Shown one piece after another: positions 25,801-40,800 of a DNA stretch of 64,000 nucleotides. The notes beneath the pieces were generated by a model. It was given only the letters and a program-made list of their open reading frames with translations, was not told where the DNA came from and made no database searches. Every line of letters starts with the position of its first letter. Positions within the stretch are counted from its first letter, which is position 1. The stretch lies in NCBI RefSeq assembly GCF_009834535.1, contig NC_045697.1, positions 102,798,001 through 102,862,000 of the forward strand, in the 5' to 3' direction. The DNA comes from Camelus ferus (lineage: Eukaryota). The translations under genes were made by a program, and so were the position numbers.

Positions 25801-28800
25801 TGAATCAGTGCCTTCTAATAACAGCTCCTATGAACAGTGTAAGACACAGAGCCTGGCAAAGGGCTCGATGGGGGCCCCTGAGAGCTGGTCCGGGGTCAGG
25901 GAAGGGGGGAGACTGTGCTGTCTCGCTCCCGAGACTGAGGGCCTATTTCGGATGAGTACTAAATGAACCCAGCCCTTCCCCACTGGAAGCAGCGCAGCGC
26001 AGCACAGAGGACCACAGGAAGCTCTGTGCAGCTTCCCATACCACCTGCTCTGAGGTCAAGCTCACACTCAAGAATTTGAAGTCTCTGACTTGGAAGGCAT
26101 CACAGGTTGGTTCAAATTTTTAAAATTCTTATCTAACCTGTTGGTCCAAAAGTTGTCGATTCACTTGGCCAGGCTGGCACAGTGGCTGGTAGAGAAGGCA
26201 CCGCAGGAGTTAGATGTACCTCTGGAGACACTAGAAGGGGAGCTGGACTTGACAAAGACACGTGTTCTGCTGGCTTCTTCAAGAAGACAGGGTGGAAAAA
26301 GACAACAGTTCATTTTGTTTAACACTCACTTAACCGTCAAATGTACCTTGAGTTGCCTGCCTTCTATATATACAACTGCATTTTCTATAAACGGTCTTTC
26401 TAAAGTCTAAAACATAAGAGAAAAAAACACAGTAACTGAAACCTCCACACAAATAAATTTGATCCTAACCAGGGATTGCCCACTGAAAGTCACAGAAGTC
26501 ACTGGCAAGGTTAGAAACAAACTGAAGCAAACAACACAATGCTTTTAAGCCAAGGAAGCAGAATCCCTGAAATCACCTTGAAATCCATGAATTATTTAGA
26601 ATAGCTCCTCACACAAAGAGATAACATCAAACAACTATATGCTTTCTACCCAACACGAAGGATGTTAGCTGAAACGCACGGCTAAGAACTTTCTCTGCTC
26701 CTGTACTCGACTAGCAACCAAAATGTCTGCTAGAACTTGGGTCCCTTCACCATCAAATCTGTAAATAGGCGGGACTGCATTTTAGATGTTGTGTTTTTGT
26801 AGTCTCTTCAATCATTAAATTCCCTCTCTTCTAGGAAATAATAGTTAAGAATGCAGACAACTCTTTGAAATCAAGTAGAAATGTATAATTTCCCTTCAAA
26901 AATCTGATTTTTCAAGCCAACCCACCACAAAGGTTGATACAGGTACCAAATATAAACTTAAGCAAAGTCAATTCAGAAGAATGGCTTCTGTGTCCAGAAA
27001 GTAGTGATTACAAAAATAACATTACATTAAAACTGAGAACATTCTAGACTAACAGCAGAATTACACAATAATCATAACTGCATCCAAATGTTGATACTAG
27101 AATAAATTCTCCCATCTCCTTTATTTTGTTTTTGTTTTTATTAAGTTTTTTTGTATTTTTTTAAATGATCATACAAAAGAGTTAAGAAACCCAGAAAATG
27201 AAGCATTTAATGTCAAGTGCAACAACGCACTTACTTGTTCTGCAGGAGGTGGGCACTCTAATTTCTTTGACTTTGATGGTGATGAAATCCTTGAACATTT
27301 ATCATTGCTAATATTCTTTGGAAGGAAAAAGAAGAAAAAAAAAGCGTAATTTTGTATTTCAAAGACCCACATTCTAGGGTAACCATGGTCGCCCTAACAA
27401 TTCGCCCTCCCTGCATCTGACTGAACCCTCACATGAGTGAGTATTTTTTCAATTGTATCTGGTCTTCAACAGATTTTGCCTGCACATCTTTATCATATCA
27501 AACTACTGGGCAGTTTTCACTGGGTGCATGGTTTCAAACAGCACTTTTCCTTTAAAAAATCTCAAATCTACTACAGAGTAATGGAAAGTAAGCTACCTTC
27601 CACCAATCCAGATAGGTCCAAATGTACTCAAGAGGAAACGGTCATCATTTGTGAGTGAATTCTCCTCAAGGACTGTTTCTTCCCGCTCTTCTATTTCCCT
27701 AACACTTTGTTACAAAGTGATGACATCACCCGCACCTTCTACATAACCACAGCGGTAAGGAAAGAAGAAAAGGATGCAATAAATATTTAAAAGCTTTACC
27801 TCCAATGTGCCTGGCTCAGGTTTTTTATCCAAGGGAACATGTCCATGGACAGAATCTGTAACAGATCAAGACCAAAAAGACCACGTCAGCCACTAGACAG
27901 GTGTGAGGAAAGAACAACAAAATGTGGAGACGGAGAAAACTAAGAGTACCATCTGAACCGTGTTCAGTCAGTGAATAGTACGGTTTTCAGAATAACACAA
28001 CATGCTTTCTTTGCTTCTCTGTAACAGCAAGACGTGACAATGAACTGCTTAATCACTTAAGAAGCAAGCTCTTTTCCCCATATATGACTTTAAACCCAAA
28101 GCAGACCTGAAGCACCCGCCTTCAGATGATGCGATGGCGCACCTTTATCTTTCCGCTCTTCGGGATCCGTCCTCCGTCTGCCTCCTTTTCTATCGCTCAC
28201 GTGGGATGACTTTCTCTGGATACCCGGGTTGCTACTCGGAGAAGCTGACTGACTGACTGCTGAGCTCTTTAAAAAAAAACAAAACCCAACACTTTGTGCT
28301 AAAGATTTACCCACAAATATACGAACAAAAGTCTTCTAATTAATCTTACTCATAAAACATCTGACTGAAAATCTCAAAATTCACAGCCCTGTTGTTTATA
28401 CTTCCAAAACCACAAAAAACAGGACCTAGGGTTCATATCATATACTCTGTAAATTGGCTTATTAGGCAATCAGACACTCGGCCTAAACTAGTAATAAGAC
28501 TTCAAGTCACCATGTTTCAGGAAGCCACCCTGACCAAACCAGCTTGCGACTTACTCTCCATTCTCACAAAGAACAGCACCCTCCACACCAACCTTCACAG
28601 GCAGCCCTTGCAGAGCCACAGTCCTTGGTGGGGAAAAAGCCCCAAGTGCAAACTGGCAGTGCCCTACAGGGCACTAGGACTCCTACTGCTGAAATGCTAC
28701 TGACCATCAGCAAATCACCCAAGCTCTGGTGAAACACAGGGACTGGAGTAAGGCAGGCTGTTCGGCTGAACTATCACCGCAGGTCCCTTCCTCTTTAACA

Positions 28801-31800
28801 CTCTCCGGGTAAACACTGCACACGGCCGAGAAAAGAATCTCAGCCCTCTGTGCTGGGAGTTTTCCGAAGACAAACCTGAGTCACTGTCAAGTCCAAGAGA
28901 GGATCAAACGCCTATCTAAAAACAGTGAGTTATGAAGGCCCCACTTTAACAAGCAAAAAATTTCAGGATTTATTTCAACATTATAGTTGTTTCATTCACT
29001 AACTGAAAAAAGGATAAAAACCTATGAGTAGAAGCTTAAATGCTTTGTAATTTTTATTATCTAAATATAATGGGAAGATAACCTATATCACAGAGAAAAG
29101 TATACTTAAAATACAGGCCATGCCTAATTCACATATGGATTTGGGCACTTCTTCCAGTAACTCCTAAGGTCTAACCTCTGTGCTAGCTGTTTTCAACTGA
29201 GCATCGCACACCTCTGAAGGATTCCACAGAGACCAGAGGACAGAGAACTGGGTGTGGGGGCACTTTAATGTTTTATACTGGTAAACTGGGTAGCCCCCTG
29301 AAACATTCAATTCTGTTTGCTCAATCCACTGTTAAGAAAGTGTTCCAACCACCACTCTGCATCTCGGGTCACTTGGTTCCACTTACCAATACATCTAAGA
29401 CCACAGGCACAGGACTCCCAGCGCCCCAACCCGAATTAGTTACCTTGCCCTGTGCTGCCAATGACCCCTCCTCACAGAGCACTTACGTCACTCTACACGA
29501 GAACTGTTCTCCCTTCTGACTCCCGTAAAAGGAATCAGAAACCTAAAGGGAGAGAACACTTATCTCACCAGAGAAGCATCCCTCAGCCCAGGCCTGCCAC
29601 CCGGACAAGGGCAGCGCCACAGGATGGCATGGACCACGGCCCCCACCAGTGCTCGTGCTGTCCTGTCTGCATGCGTGAGGCTGCTCTTCCTGGGCCCTGG
29701 TATGCTTAGTATGGAACACTGAAAACGAGTTTCCTGATTTTGCTGACATACCTTGTTAACTGAATTGTGAAACTCCAACGCTTGTTACTGTCTCTTGCAA
29801 AAAACAAACGAGTTTCAGTGCAAAAGTAAGTACTAAACTTGAAGTGAGATAACCAGTTTACTTGCCTCAACTCTGCCACAATTAGTAATAACCTTAGACC
29901 GCATCTTCCTCATGAAAATGAAAAGAGGGGCAACTGCACGATCTTCAAGGTGTCTTTCAACTCAGGGAGACTTCTGAAGGATAACGTTTAAATTAAAACC
30001 CTTTTATATACATACGGAAAGGGCCGGGAAAGCCTGTTCATCTCTGTTCTGAATTTCATAGAGTAACCGAGATTCCTCTATAGCTTGTTTCTCCCTGCGC
30101 TCTTCTGGAGAGAGGCCGAAATAGTTAGATTCTCGAATCGTGGGGTCAAAATCCTCCACTCTCTCACGATCAGGTTTTCTGTCAAATAAAACATTCTTGT
30201 CACACAAAAAAACCCCAAAATGCATGGAGTTCCTAAAAAGAAAAAATGTATTAGGTACCTGAAATTTTTTTTTAAACTTTTTTGCAATACAAATATTTGA
30301 CTAATTTAGCTACACAGTAACATTACAGAACTTCCGGCTGCCTGATTAATTAATGCTCAGCAAACGGCAGCGCCTGGAGCACTAGGCTACATTTCACAGT
30401 CAAGAAAATATACTTACAATGGGGGGAGGGCGTGGGGGAAGGAAAAAAAAGGAGAAAAACAACTCATTTCCAAGTGATACAGAAATCAGAGATATTTTTT
30501 TTTCTTTTTATCAGGCCATAAATGTAAGCACTATGTATATTTTCTTTATGCCATTCTCCAGGACTTTCACAAGAATTCTCTTTCAAAGGAAAGGGAAAGT
30601 TACTAGTTTAGGCCTCAAAAGCATCCTCATTTTCCATTCCAAGTAAACGGCAATGTTCAAAGGAGACACCAGGACCACCCTCTTCCTTTTTAAAGACAGT
30701 ACCATGGGAAACTGAAACTTGAAAAGAAGAAAAAAGGTACCAGGCTAGCTACTAATTGCCCAGATAAAATTACTGTCATTTCAATATAATTTTGGTTAAA
30801 GAAGGATGACAAGAAATTCACAAATAGAGTTTTAGTAACCTGTAACACAACCCTAATTTTTTTTTAAGGCTTGTAACTATTATAGGCAACAAGAGCACTA
30901 TATTTCTACCATGTCTCACAGTTCCACAGCAGTGGGAAATGAAAATCCAAAACCTACAGGGAAAATATATTGTCACAATACAAAAGATAGAATTCCAATA
31001 GGGCAGATGGAAACCCCAGAGTGCTGGGGGGAATAAACAGGGGAGCAAATCTGGACCCTCAATCTTAGACCAGTCCTCCCCAAACCCCAATGGTGGGAGA
31101 CTCCAAAGACGACTCAGCAAGTGCCAGCAGTGTCTGGAAAGTTAATACTCCCTCCCCAGTGTGCCCCACCACCCAAAGGTGCCTACCTCTCCTCACCCGC
31201 CAAAGAGCCAAATCCTTCCCACCTGTGTCTACCTAGAGAGCACAGACACCACCACTCTCAGCACCCGCATAATGAAAGCATGCATGGAATCCTGCTTGGT
31301 TTCTGTCATTATTTTGTTTCCTTTTCTCCAAAGAGACAGTATCAGTGAGGATATCAATGAGAAAGAAATGAAAAAATGAGAGGTCATGAAGGTCTCAGGC
31401 CCAACATTACAGCTCTTTCATTCTGTAATAAGAATTCAAAATTGATGCGTTAGATATTAGAAATAAAGCCAAGACAAATTCTAATGGTCTTAAACAATTG
31501 GCGGTATTAGCTATACAATTCTGAATTTTGACTAAAACTTTTTTAAATCTTACTTTAAATATTCAATCAGCAGTCTCTAAACGTGTTTGAACACACTAGT
31601 CAAATTCACGCTCACACCCACGGTGTGCAGCAAGCACAGCTAGGTTCTATGTAATCCGTCACGAGGTCCGAAATTCTCCAAAGCTTCACGTCTACGTACT
31701 ATCCACTGCCTCCTGCCGTCCAGTGCTTTAGTACGCCAGGTCGTATACAGACACCACGGAAACAAGAAAAGGATCACACCTGTCTGCTATTCCAATTCCT

Positions 31801-34800
31801 GACAGACTGGATGCAATATTAGAAACGCACTAGATATAAACTCAGTTTGTGGTAAACAAAAGTGTATTTAAGTTAGCCATTTAGTAATCTGTATGTTCTT
31901 TCTTAAAACTTTAAGACACTAAAGAGTATCCTTGTGTTCAAGAGAAAAAAATGCTTTTCTAGCCTATTTTAAAAATGAGAATTTTGTTTTAAGAAAAAAA
32001 TCTCATTTTTGTCTATGACCTTCCTACATTTACTTCAAATTTTTAGGTTTCCAAAGTTAATATTCATAATAAATTATTCCTCTTAGATACTTTGCCTGTA
32101 CTGGGTAAGCTACCACCAGATGCTAGTGGAGTTTGGTCAATGTCCAAACATCAGACTTTAGCCACAACTAGCTGATTTACAACATAATTCTGTGTGCTGC
32201 ATGTGCCAAGACCCTGACTCCTCTGTACCCAGGCTGTACTCAGTCAGGGTTGTTTGTGGTGGCCAGCCTTGACGGATGAGGTCATTCTTTCTTCTGACTG
32301 ATGTTTAATCATTTGTTCTCATTAGAACTTTCAGAAAACTGGATTATAAACACACACGTATTTTTTACACATATATGAAGTATCCCAGGCAAGGATACAG
32401 AAGAATCTGTTAAAACACTGGATGCCTCTGCAGAAGGAAACTATACCTCTGGCAAAATAGAGATAGGAAGGAATTATCAGAATAAACTGAATGTTCTGAA
32501 TTTTAAACAGTATCAATTAATTTCCTACCCTAAATAGTTTGTTCAATAAAAAAGAAAAATGTAATCTGTTACAAACTGAATGTTCAAGTCTTGACCCCAG
32601 GTATCTGTGCGGACTTTACTTTTATGTAGGGTCCTTGCAGAAGTAACCACACTAAGATGAGGTCATCCTGGAGCAGGGAGGGCCCTAAGTCCACCGTGAT
32701 GACACAGACACGCAAGCAGAACAGCACATGACGACGGGGACAGAGACTGGAGTGGTGCACCTACATACAAGCCAGGGAACGCCAAGGACTGCGGACAACA
32801 GCAAAAGCAGGAGAGGGGACAGACTCTTCCCCAGAGCCTTCAGAGAGAGCACGGCCCTGCTGACACCTTGACCGCAAACATCCAGTCTCCAGAACTGCGA
32901 GAGAATAATGCCTGCTGTTTTACGCCAGTCGTAGTACCCCACAGACCCAGGAAACTACACCATACTGGTAACGTGTCAACCTAAGAACCTACAACACTGT
33001 CTTGAAGATGTAACATAAACTATCCTTAACAACAAAATGTTAAGTACACTCCCAAGAAAGGGGAATGCCCACATGCCAGAAATAAAGGAACTAAAAACCG
33101 GAGCTTGGCAAGTTCCAACTATTCAGACAACTGGGGAGAGGGAGCCTGGATGGGGAAGGTACTGGTCACAGTAACCCAGGAGGCCTCCAGCACACACAGG
33201 AGACACGGCCAAGCCTGCAGGAATTACACCAACCTACAGCCCCATTCAGTGTTAAGACACATTACCACAAACAATCCAGACTTATCAAAACAAAGTAAAC
33301 CAACCACTCAGGTTAATTTACGTTCCTATATGAAGGGGAACAGCCTCACTTTGCAGGGAATTAGAAATACAATTTGGAAGTCAGTATTTAACACACTACA
33401 AGCCACCAGAAAACTTACTAAATGCCAGGATAAGGTCTAGGATAAATAAATAAATCATTTGAAAAAAATTATTCAAAAATAAAGATAAAGATGGCTTACC
33501 CTTCAAAATTCCTCTGATTTATTTAAAGAGAATTACAAAGAACTGAAATCTTCACATGGTACTTCATCAACAATACTTTTAATACTGATGCTACAGACAA
33601 GTATATGAACAAAGAGTTGTAACTAAACACATGTAACATGGCAAATAAAAGAAAAGTTCCTCACTTAATTTCTTTTTATTTTTCTTTTTTAGGTAGGGGA
33701 GGTAATTAGGTTTACTTACTAGTTTTTTAATGGAGGTACTGGGGATGGAACCCAGGACCTCGGGCAGGCACTCTGCCACTGAGCTCTACCCTCCCCACCT
33801 CAGTTAATTTCTCATTGTCTTGCATTCAAGAAGAGTACCTTATGATCTGTGAGGGTGTCCTGCTCAAACTTCTGTGCTCGCTGGCAGGCTTCTGAGGCTG
33901 CGACCCTGCGGGGTGGCTGGAGGCGGCGTGCGGTCTCACCCCCGAAGGGTGCTGCAGCCGAGGAGGTAGTGTGGCTGGGGCTTTCGCTGGCTTGCTTGGG
34001 GTCTTTGGCCCTCTGTAATCAATGTCTGTGACAAGAAGCCAAAAATATCTCATCGTTTTCCTATTATAACCACCCCAAGTACTATCACCCCTTCCCCAAG
34101 AAAGAGTAACTTGATGTGCTCCTACCAGAATGGAAATTTTGTCCGGAAGGAGGTTTTTTCATCCTCTTCCCTGACACTGTGTTCCAGCTTTCTGAGGGAG
34201 GTGGTTTGAGGTTCTTCGGTGAGTGTCTTTAAAAGGAAATAAATAAACTTGCAGTAATTTAAAGTACTCCAGTAAGAATACCCACTTAAGTACTGTGTAT
34301 ACTTAAGAAAAAATTTTTTCAATTTACATAAAAAAGAATTCCCAGTTTTAGTTCTTATATAAAAAACTAAAGTACAAAGCATTTAGCAATCCAGATGTAA
34401 TTCTAATCAAATAAGGTGTCACAAAGCAAAAGCATATTTTCTAACCTAAAAGAACAGAAGACTAAAAGGCCATAATCACAATCTAAGCATAAAATTAAAT
34501 AAAGGGGAGATTATTATCCATTAGACATGACGACAGGACTGTAGCCAAGGTGGGGGAGGGAGGAGTCCTTTCTGTGTTATCTACGTGTCTACAAGAAATG
34601 GTGTGATGTCTGGGATACGCTTGCAAAAATTCCAATTTCATTCCCATTTTTTTTTAAGGGTTAGGCAGAAGAGATTAGAAAAGACCGCCAAACCACTATT
34701 TGCTTCTAAAATAGGGTGACAGTCACACTAGGGTTCACTGCAATGTCCTTCTCACAAGTGTGTATGTCTGAAATTTTCCATAGTGAAGTCTAGGTGTGAT

Positions 34801-37800
34801 CTACTACCTTTTCCTCTAATAAAGGCAGCAGTAGCTGAAACAAAAGTTGCTCTAAAGTAACACTGCTTAACAGAAAGCGTTTTACTCCTCCTCCTGACAA
34901 TCATTTACTAAAAACTACAGGCAGGGCAGCAATGAATGAAATTAGAAATGAGTATGGTCTCTGTCCTCCAAAGCTCCTACTTTATAGTTACAACAGAATC
35001 AATTTCCCAAATTGCCTTTGAGAAGAATGGCACACTTTAAACAGTATGCAACAAATATTTTTATTTAAAATACGTTAAGGCACAAACCACTAAATCTGAA
35101 CTCAAACTAGTTTTCCAAAAGATCTAAACAAATATATTTTCTATACACTGGCAGTATCTTTAACTGAATTTGCAAATACACAGGGCCATTTAGAAATGCT
35201 CTTGATTACATGAGGCTAAATGGAAGAGACCGTGAATGCCTTAGCTGAAGAGCAATACATACTTCTTTCCAAGTTCCTCGACCAAAACTGGTCCGTTCTC
35301 AGAGTGAACCCCTTGGAAGTCTGAATTAGGAAATTTTCCATTGTGATCCAACCTCACCTGTTGAACAATTGCACAAAGAAAAATCAGTCACCTGATTCTT
35401 TCGCATTAATGATCAGTTTCCAAATTGTTATTTCATTTTCAACTAAAGAGAAAATGAACATACATTGTTGAAAGCAAACTTAAGTTCAAAAGGGTGTCTG
35501 ATATTATCTCTGACCTCCATGACCTATGTACCTCTATCAATACTACTTCGGTTTACTCTTTCAAACTTTTTCTAAATTGTCCTAGCTCTGAAGGCAGGCT
35601 GTGGCCCCACAAACACCAGGATTCCAGGCCCGGCGTTTCTTCTTACCAGCAATATGACCTTGACCAAGTTCCTCATGTCATGCTTCAGTGTCCTCAGATA
35701 CAAGATGGGACTAATAATAGTACCTACATCAGAGGACCCACGGAGATGGAATGAGGTACATATGACACAAATAACGGACACCAGCTTGCAAACGGCAACA
35801 ACTCCACAAAGGAGGGTAACTATTATTAAAATTCCTATTGTCGTCTCATTTTTTCAATATTTAAATATTTTAACATGTAACTGGGACCTTTTTTCCCCTT
35901 ACAGATAGGTCCATCATCTCTTCTCTAACATACAGCTGGTTATTACACAATAGCAAATCATCAAGACAGAAGAATAAGCCTTTGGGTTTCCTATAGTCAA
36001 AGGGCACACACTGAACAGCGCACTGCCAGTCACTGCACTAGGAGCCCAATGTATGCAGCCGTGTCTGGAGTAACCTCCTATTTTATCCGTACAGTCTCCC
36101 TTGGAATCCGTGGGGGACTGGGTTCCAGGACCCCTGAAAATACCACAACTCCCCGGGTACTCGAGTGCCTGACGTAAAATGGCCCAGCACGCTCGGCCCT
36201 CCACGTCCGCCGGCGCGGAGGACGGCCGACTGCAGATTACGGCCCTCAAGCGGAGCTTTCACTCTTCATCAGCCACAGCAGGACCCTGCCTTCCTCTCTT
36301 CCACAGTTTTACCATAAAAAAATTTTTCTGAAGCTAATTTTTATTAAAAGTTTAAACTACATTTTACACGCTTGAGTAAATAAAAGTCACCTTTGAGTCA
36401 CAACAGACTCCATAATAAAATTTCAATTAACTTTTGTCCAAGTGAAATAGTCAAGTAGTAGAAATAGAAACAAAATACTCTAAAAAGGAAAAAATTAAAA
36501 CAAGTATCTGCTTAACCATCTACCTTATACAGCATCTGTTTTATAGAAGCAATTGCAACCTGAAAGGAAATACGCCTGATTTAAAGTAATGAGTAACACA
36601 CTTTCAGCGATGCCAAATAAGCAAACTTCTCTTCCCTACTAAGCAAGGAGAGGGACGGAGGGGAACCACAAGCCCTGGATTTACTCATCTCTTTTCTTCT
36701 CTTCCAAGTTTCCCAAATCAATATAGTAAAAGACTGCACGATTCTGTTCTGTGACTAGAGCACATTTCTGACAATCCTGTAGGGAAGAACCTAAATGAAT
36801 CATACCCTCTTCTTCCTGTCCTTTCAAATACCCCAGAATCAGAACACTATTAAAGCTTTTAAGGTAAAGTTAGTCACAGACACCCCAGATATAATCCTGG
36901 TCAATCAGAGACTTTCCACAGACCACTTTATCACAGAGGAAATGAGTGTTTCCTCCCCAAGTCAAGAAGAAATGTTTGTCAATGGCTATTTTAAAATAGT
37001 TTTTAAAAGACAGCACTTTTTGAGGGAAACCATTTTTGATGAAAATTCTCTTATAAATAACAATATTTTTGTGTGGAGGGGAGGGTTGTTTTTGTTTTAG
37101 AAAGAGTATTATTTTTTCATAAGAGTTTCTCTAGTCTTGGCATTACTGATACTTTAGACCAGGTAATTCTTTGCCGGGGCGGTGGCAGGGAGGTGGTCCT
37201 GTCCCAGCCTCTACCCACCAAAACAGCATCCTCCCAGCTGTAACAAAAAAAAACGCCCACAGACACTGCTAAATGGGAGTCAGGGGTACAAAATCACACG
37301 AAGTGAGAAGCGCTGACCTAACGCAGCTTTCCCCTTTAACACCCAGCTGCTTCAGTCCAGAGCAGTAGCTTATTCAAAGTAAATGGCAAAACTCTTTATT
37401 ATTCACTTCCCTTTCTCAGTCCAACAAAAAAATTATGTATTTATCAAAATCTTCCAGAATGACTTTCATACACCAAACTGATCTATAACGTCAGTTTCAG
37501 TAAATTATCTGCCAACTGTGATGAAAAATCTAAAAACCTAAAATGTTATTTGCTACTCCTTTGAGGCAAGTAGTATCAAAGACTGAACTGTTTTACAGAC
37601 CATGTGATGGGATGCCATGGTTTTAGATGCATATGGTTTTGGTAATGCATTCAAAAGCTATATATTTCTAACTAGTAAAATGTTTACATGATAAAATGCA
37701 GTCTGAAATCCCAAATTAACAACACATACAAACTTGGGCAAGATTTCAAGTAAAATCTTTACTTCCTCTATATAATCACTTACTTGGCATTTATCTCCAA

Positions 37801-40800
37801 CTTCATACTGTAAGCCAGCAGCAATGGAATAATCATGTTTTTGTTGAGCTGTAAACAATATCAGTACAGTATCAAGTTGACTTAATCATTTTCAAATACC
37901 ACAAAGCAAATTTATGGAAAATACACAGATTTTTAAACTCACCTTGTTTAGACTTCAGCCAAATTTCATATTCCACATTTCTATAGACTGCTGGATTGAG
38001 TGACTTAAGAACCTTTCTAGACAAAGGAAGGCTAGGAGAGTTCCCATTGTTTTTCGGGTGCTAAATAAACAAAGCCAGGAAGTCCAATGAACACAGAAAT
38101 GCTCTTAAAACATGTCTGAGATACGTATAAGAGTAAAATCAAATGAAGAAGTAAACTTTAAAAATTAGGAAGTCACCAAAAAAAGTCTTACTAGTAGTTG
38201 ATCCTGACTCTATTGAAAATGTACCAGAAAAGAGAAAAAAAAAATTAAGACTATAAATTCATATGCTTCTTATATTGAAGAACTAGTTAAAACCATTTTT
38301 AAAAAAAATACCTGATCACTTGACAAAGCTTTAAATCCATTCACATCATTAGCAGTGGTAGCTGTACTCCTACAAAGAAGCATAGCCATCATTAGGAATA
38401 CAAAAGTGTTTGCACACAATTACCTTATTCTAACCTCACAAAAAAAATCTCAGTCAGAGTTATATCCCAAAAAGTCACAGCTATATTCCAATGAGCTCAA
38501 ACAAGTTTAGAATAAATGAGCATATGTACATGTACATGTGTGTATGTGTATATGTATACATGTCAAAGATTTTTACGGTAATTCTTACTGACTTAATCAT
38601 CAAAAAGACAAAAACACAAAAAATATGAAATTTGGGGGAGCAGAATCAATGAATTTATGAAACATTCAATGTAAAAATTTCCTTTCAAAATATAGATGAG
38701 GCTCCACTAAACAAAATACTTCACTACAGCAAGACAGACAATCTATGAGAATAGATATAAACTAAGTAAGTAATCAGTATGGTAAATGCTGGTAAGTGCT
38801 GTAGGGGGAAAAAGGTAGGAAAAACAGTGTTGAGACTTAGGCTAAAATAATACAAAAAAAAAAAAAAAAGGATGAGCAAAGGACTTGCTGAGATGTCTTT
38901 CTAAATAAAGATTTAAAGGTGATGGGACAGCAAACCATATGGCTGCTGCAAGCAGAGGGGACAGGAGATGCAAGGACCTTGGGGAAGCCAAGAGGCTGGT
39001 GAGGCTGGTCAGAGTGATGGCAGGTCGAGTGGGTGATGAGGTGAGAGGTTACCTACACTCTTCCATCCTACAATTCCTCCTCATTAATAAATCAATCTCT
39101 AGTCTTCAGGACAATCTCCAAATCTATACCCTTAAATGCAGCAATATGTAAGAGACCCCAAGTATCTGAGAGTCTAGACTAAAGAGCACCCTAACTTTCT
39201 AAAGTTCAGGACTGACCGATATCAATGTGAAAAGAATCCAGGCACAAGAGCACAGTGACATCCCGGGTCTTTCCTCCTTGTTACCACACGTGTGCCTACC
39301 TATCCTGCCATGACCAGGCAGCATTATTCCCTAACTGAAGTTCTGTCTTCCCCGAGCCAGCCACAACACAAGCAAAAAGAAATCTTAATAATGCAGTGAA
39401 AAGTTAATTAAAAAGGCTTCCACGTTCCAAGGGCCACAATAACGCAATATAAAAAGGAAAACAGCATTACAATGAGCTCAGCATCCCTGATAAACTTCTC
39501 CAACTTACTAGCCTCTACTCCACGCTACACCTACCTCAGCTGCCAGCTGCCATCCCAGACCCAACTGCTGCTAAAACTATCAGGAGCAGCAACCAAAGGG
39601 CGTGTGCTGGAAGTGCCACCACACCAAATAAAGGTAATAAGTTAAAACAAGTCATTCATTCTCTCTCCCAACTTCCCCTATGTTCAATGACTTGTCTTAA
39701 TCATACCAGGTGCCTGGAGAAAACCACTGAGCAGAATTTCCATCTGTGCAAAGTTAATTAGGCTATTCTAGCATTAAATTTACAAGGGAAGATCCTAATT
39801 TTAATCTAACTGACTCATTTCTTTCTTACAAAGAAATGGTAGTCAATCAAATTTTTAATCAGGATCAGAAAAATTTAATTCAACAAATGCTTGGAATTAC
39901 AGATGTAAGAAGATATATTTAAGCATTTAATAAAGAATTAGATATCCTAAGGCTCCATTTCATTTTTCTCTAGTTTCACAGTATGTAACACCAAATGGAT
40001 ACTTTTATACTCTCATACAGGAGGAATAACACACTTTTAGCTTCAGTGAGAATGGAATAGGTCGGTTCTCGTAAAATAGAGAGTAAATTTAACATGGTTG
40101 ATAAAAACTAACGCATGTTGGACATGCTATCTAGGAACTAGGCTGTGCACTGTACATGTTATCTCATTTAATTCTCACAGATTCTCCACTTTAAAGAAAT
40201 ACTAATATATCCTCATTTTATAGGTATAGAATTGAGATTTCTTAGTGAATTTAAGTAACTTGTGCCAAGAGCAGTTAGCTGCCAGGAAGCCAGGACTGAA
40301 ACCAGGTTAGGATGTCCACAGCCCAAGCTCTTACCCACTACCCTATACGTCTTGTGCGGAAAAGAAAAATAAGCTTCAGAGACTTAAGGTAAAAGGTGCT
40401 TATTCACAACCTAAACAAAGGCATCATCCAGAGCTACTCACATACTTAAACTCCAGCTTGGGTTTATTATTATATAAAAAGAAGAGGCATTAAGAAAGAA
40501 AATAATAAAAGAAAGTCAAGGAAATCAAAATGCCCATTTTTTCCATCACTGGCTATGTAAGCAATTGACAGGCTAATTTTAAAATTTTATTAATACACAT
40601 ACGTATAGGTAGGACCAAATCTATTCCACAGATATATATATACACATCCAGGTTACACAGAAACAGATCCTTAGCAACAATAAAAAAAATCAACTTCCAA
40701 AAGAAATAGCCTCATAACAGAAATTAGATAAAATTAGTGGCAGGGAAGGAACCTGCTACTGCAGACTGCTGTGTTTCAGAAGCACCGTAATACCTCAGTA

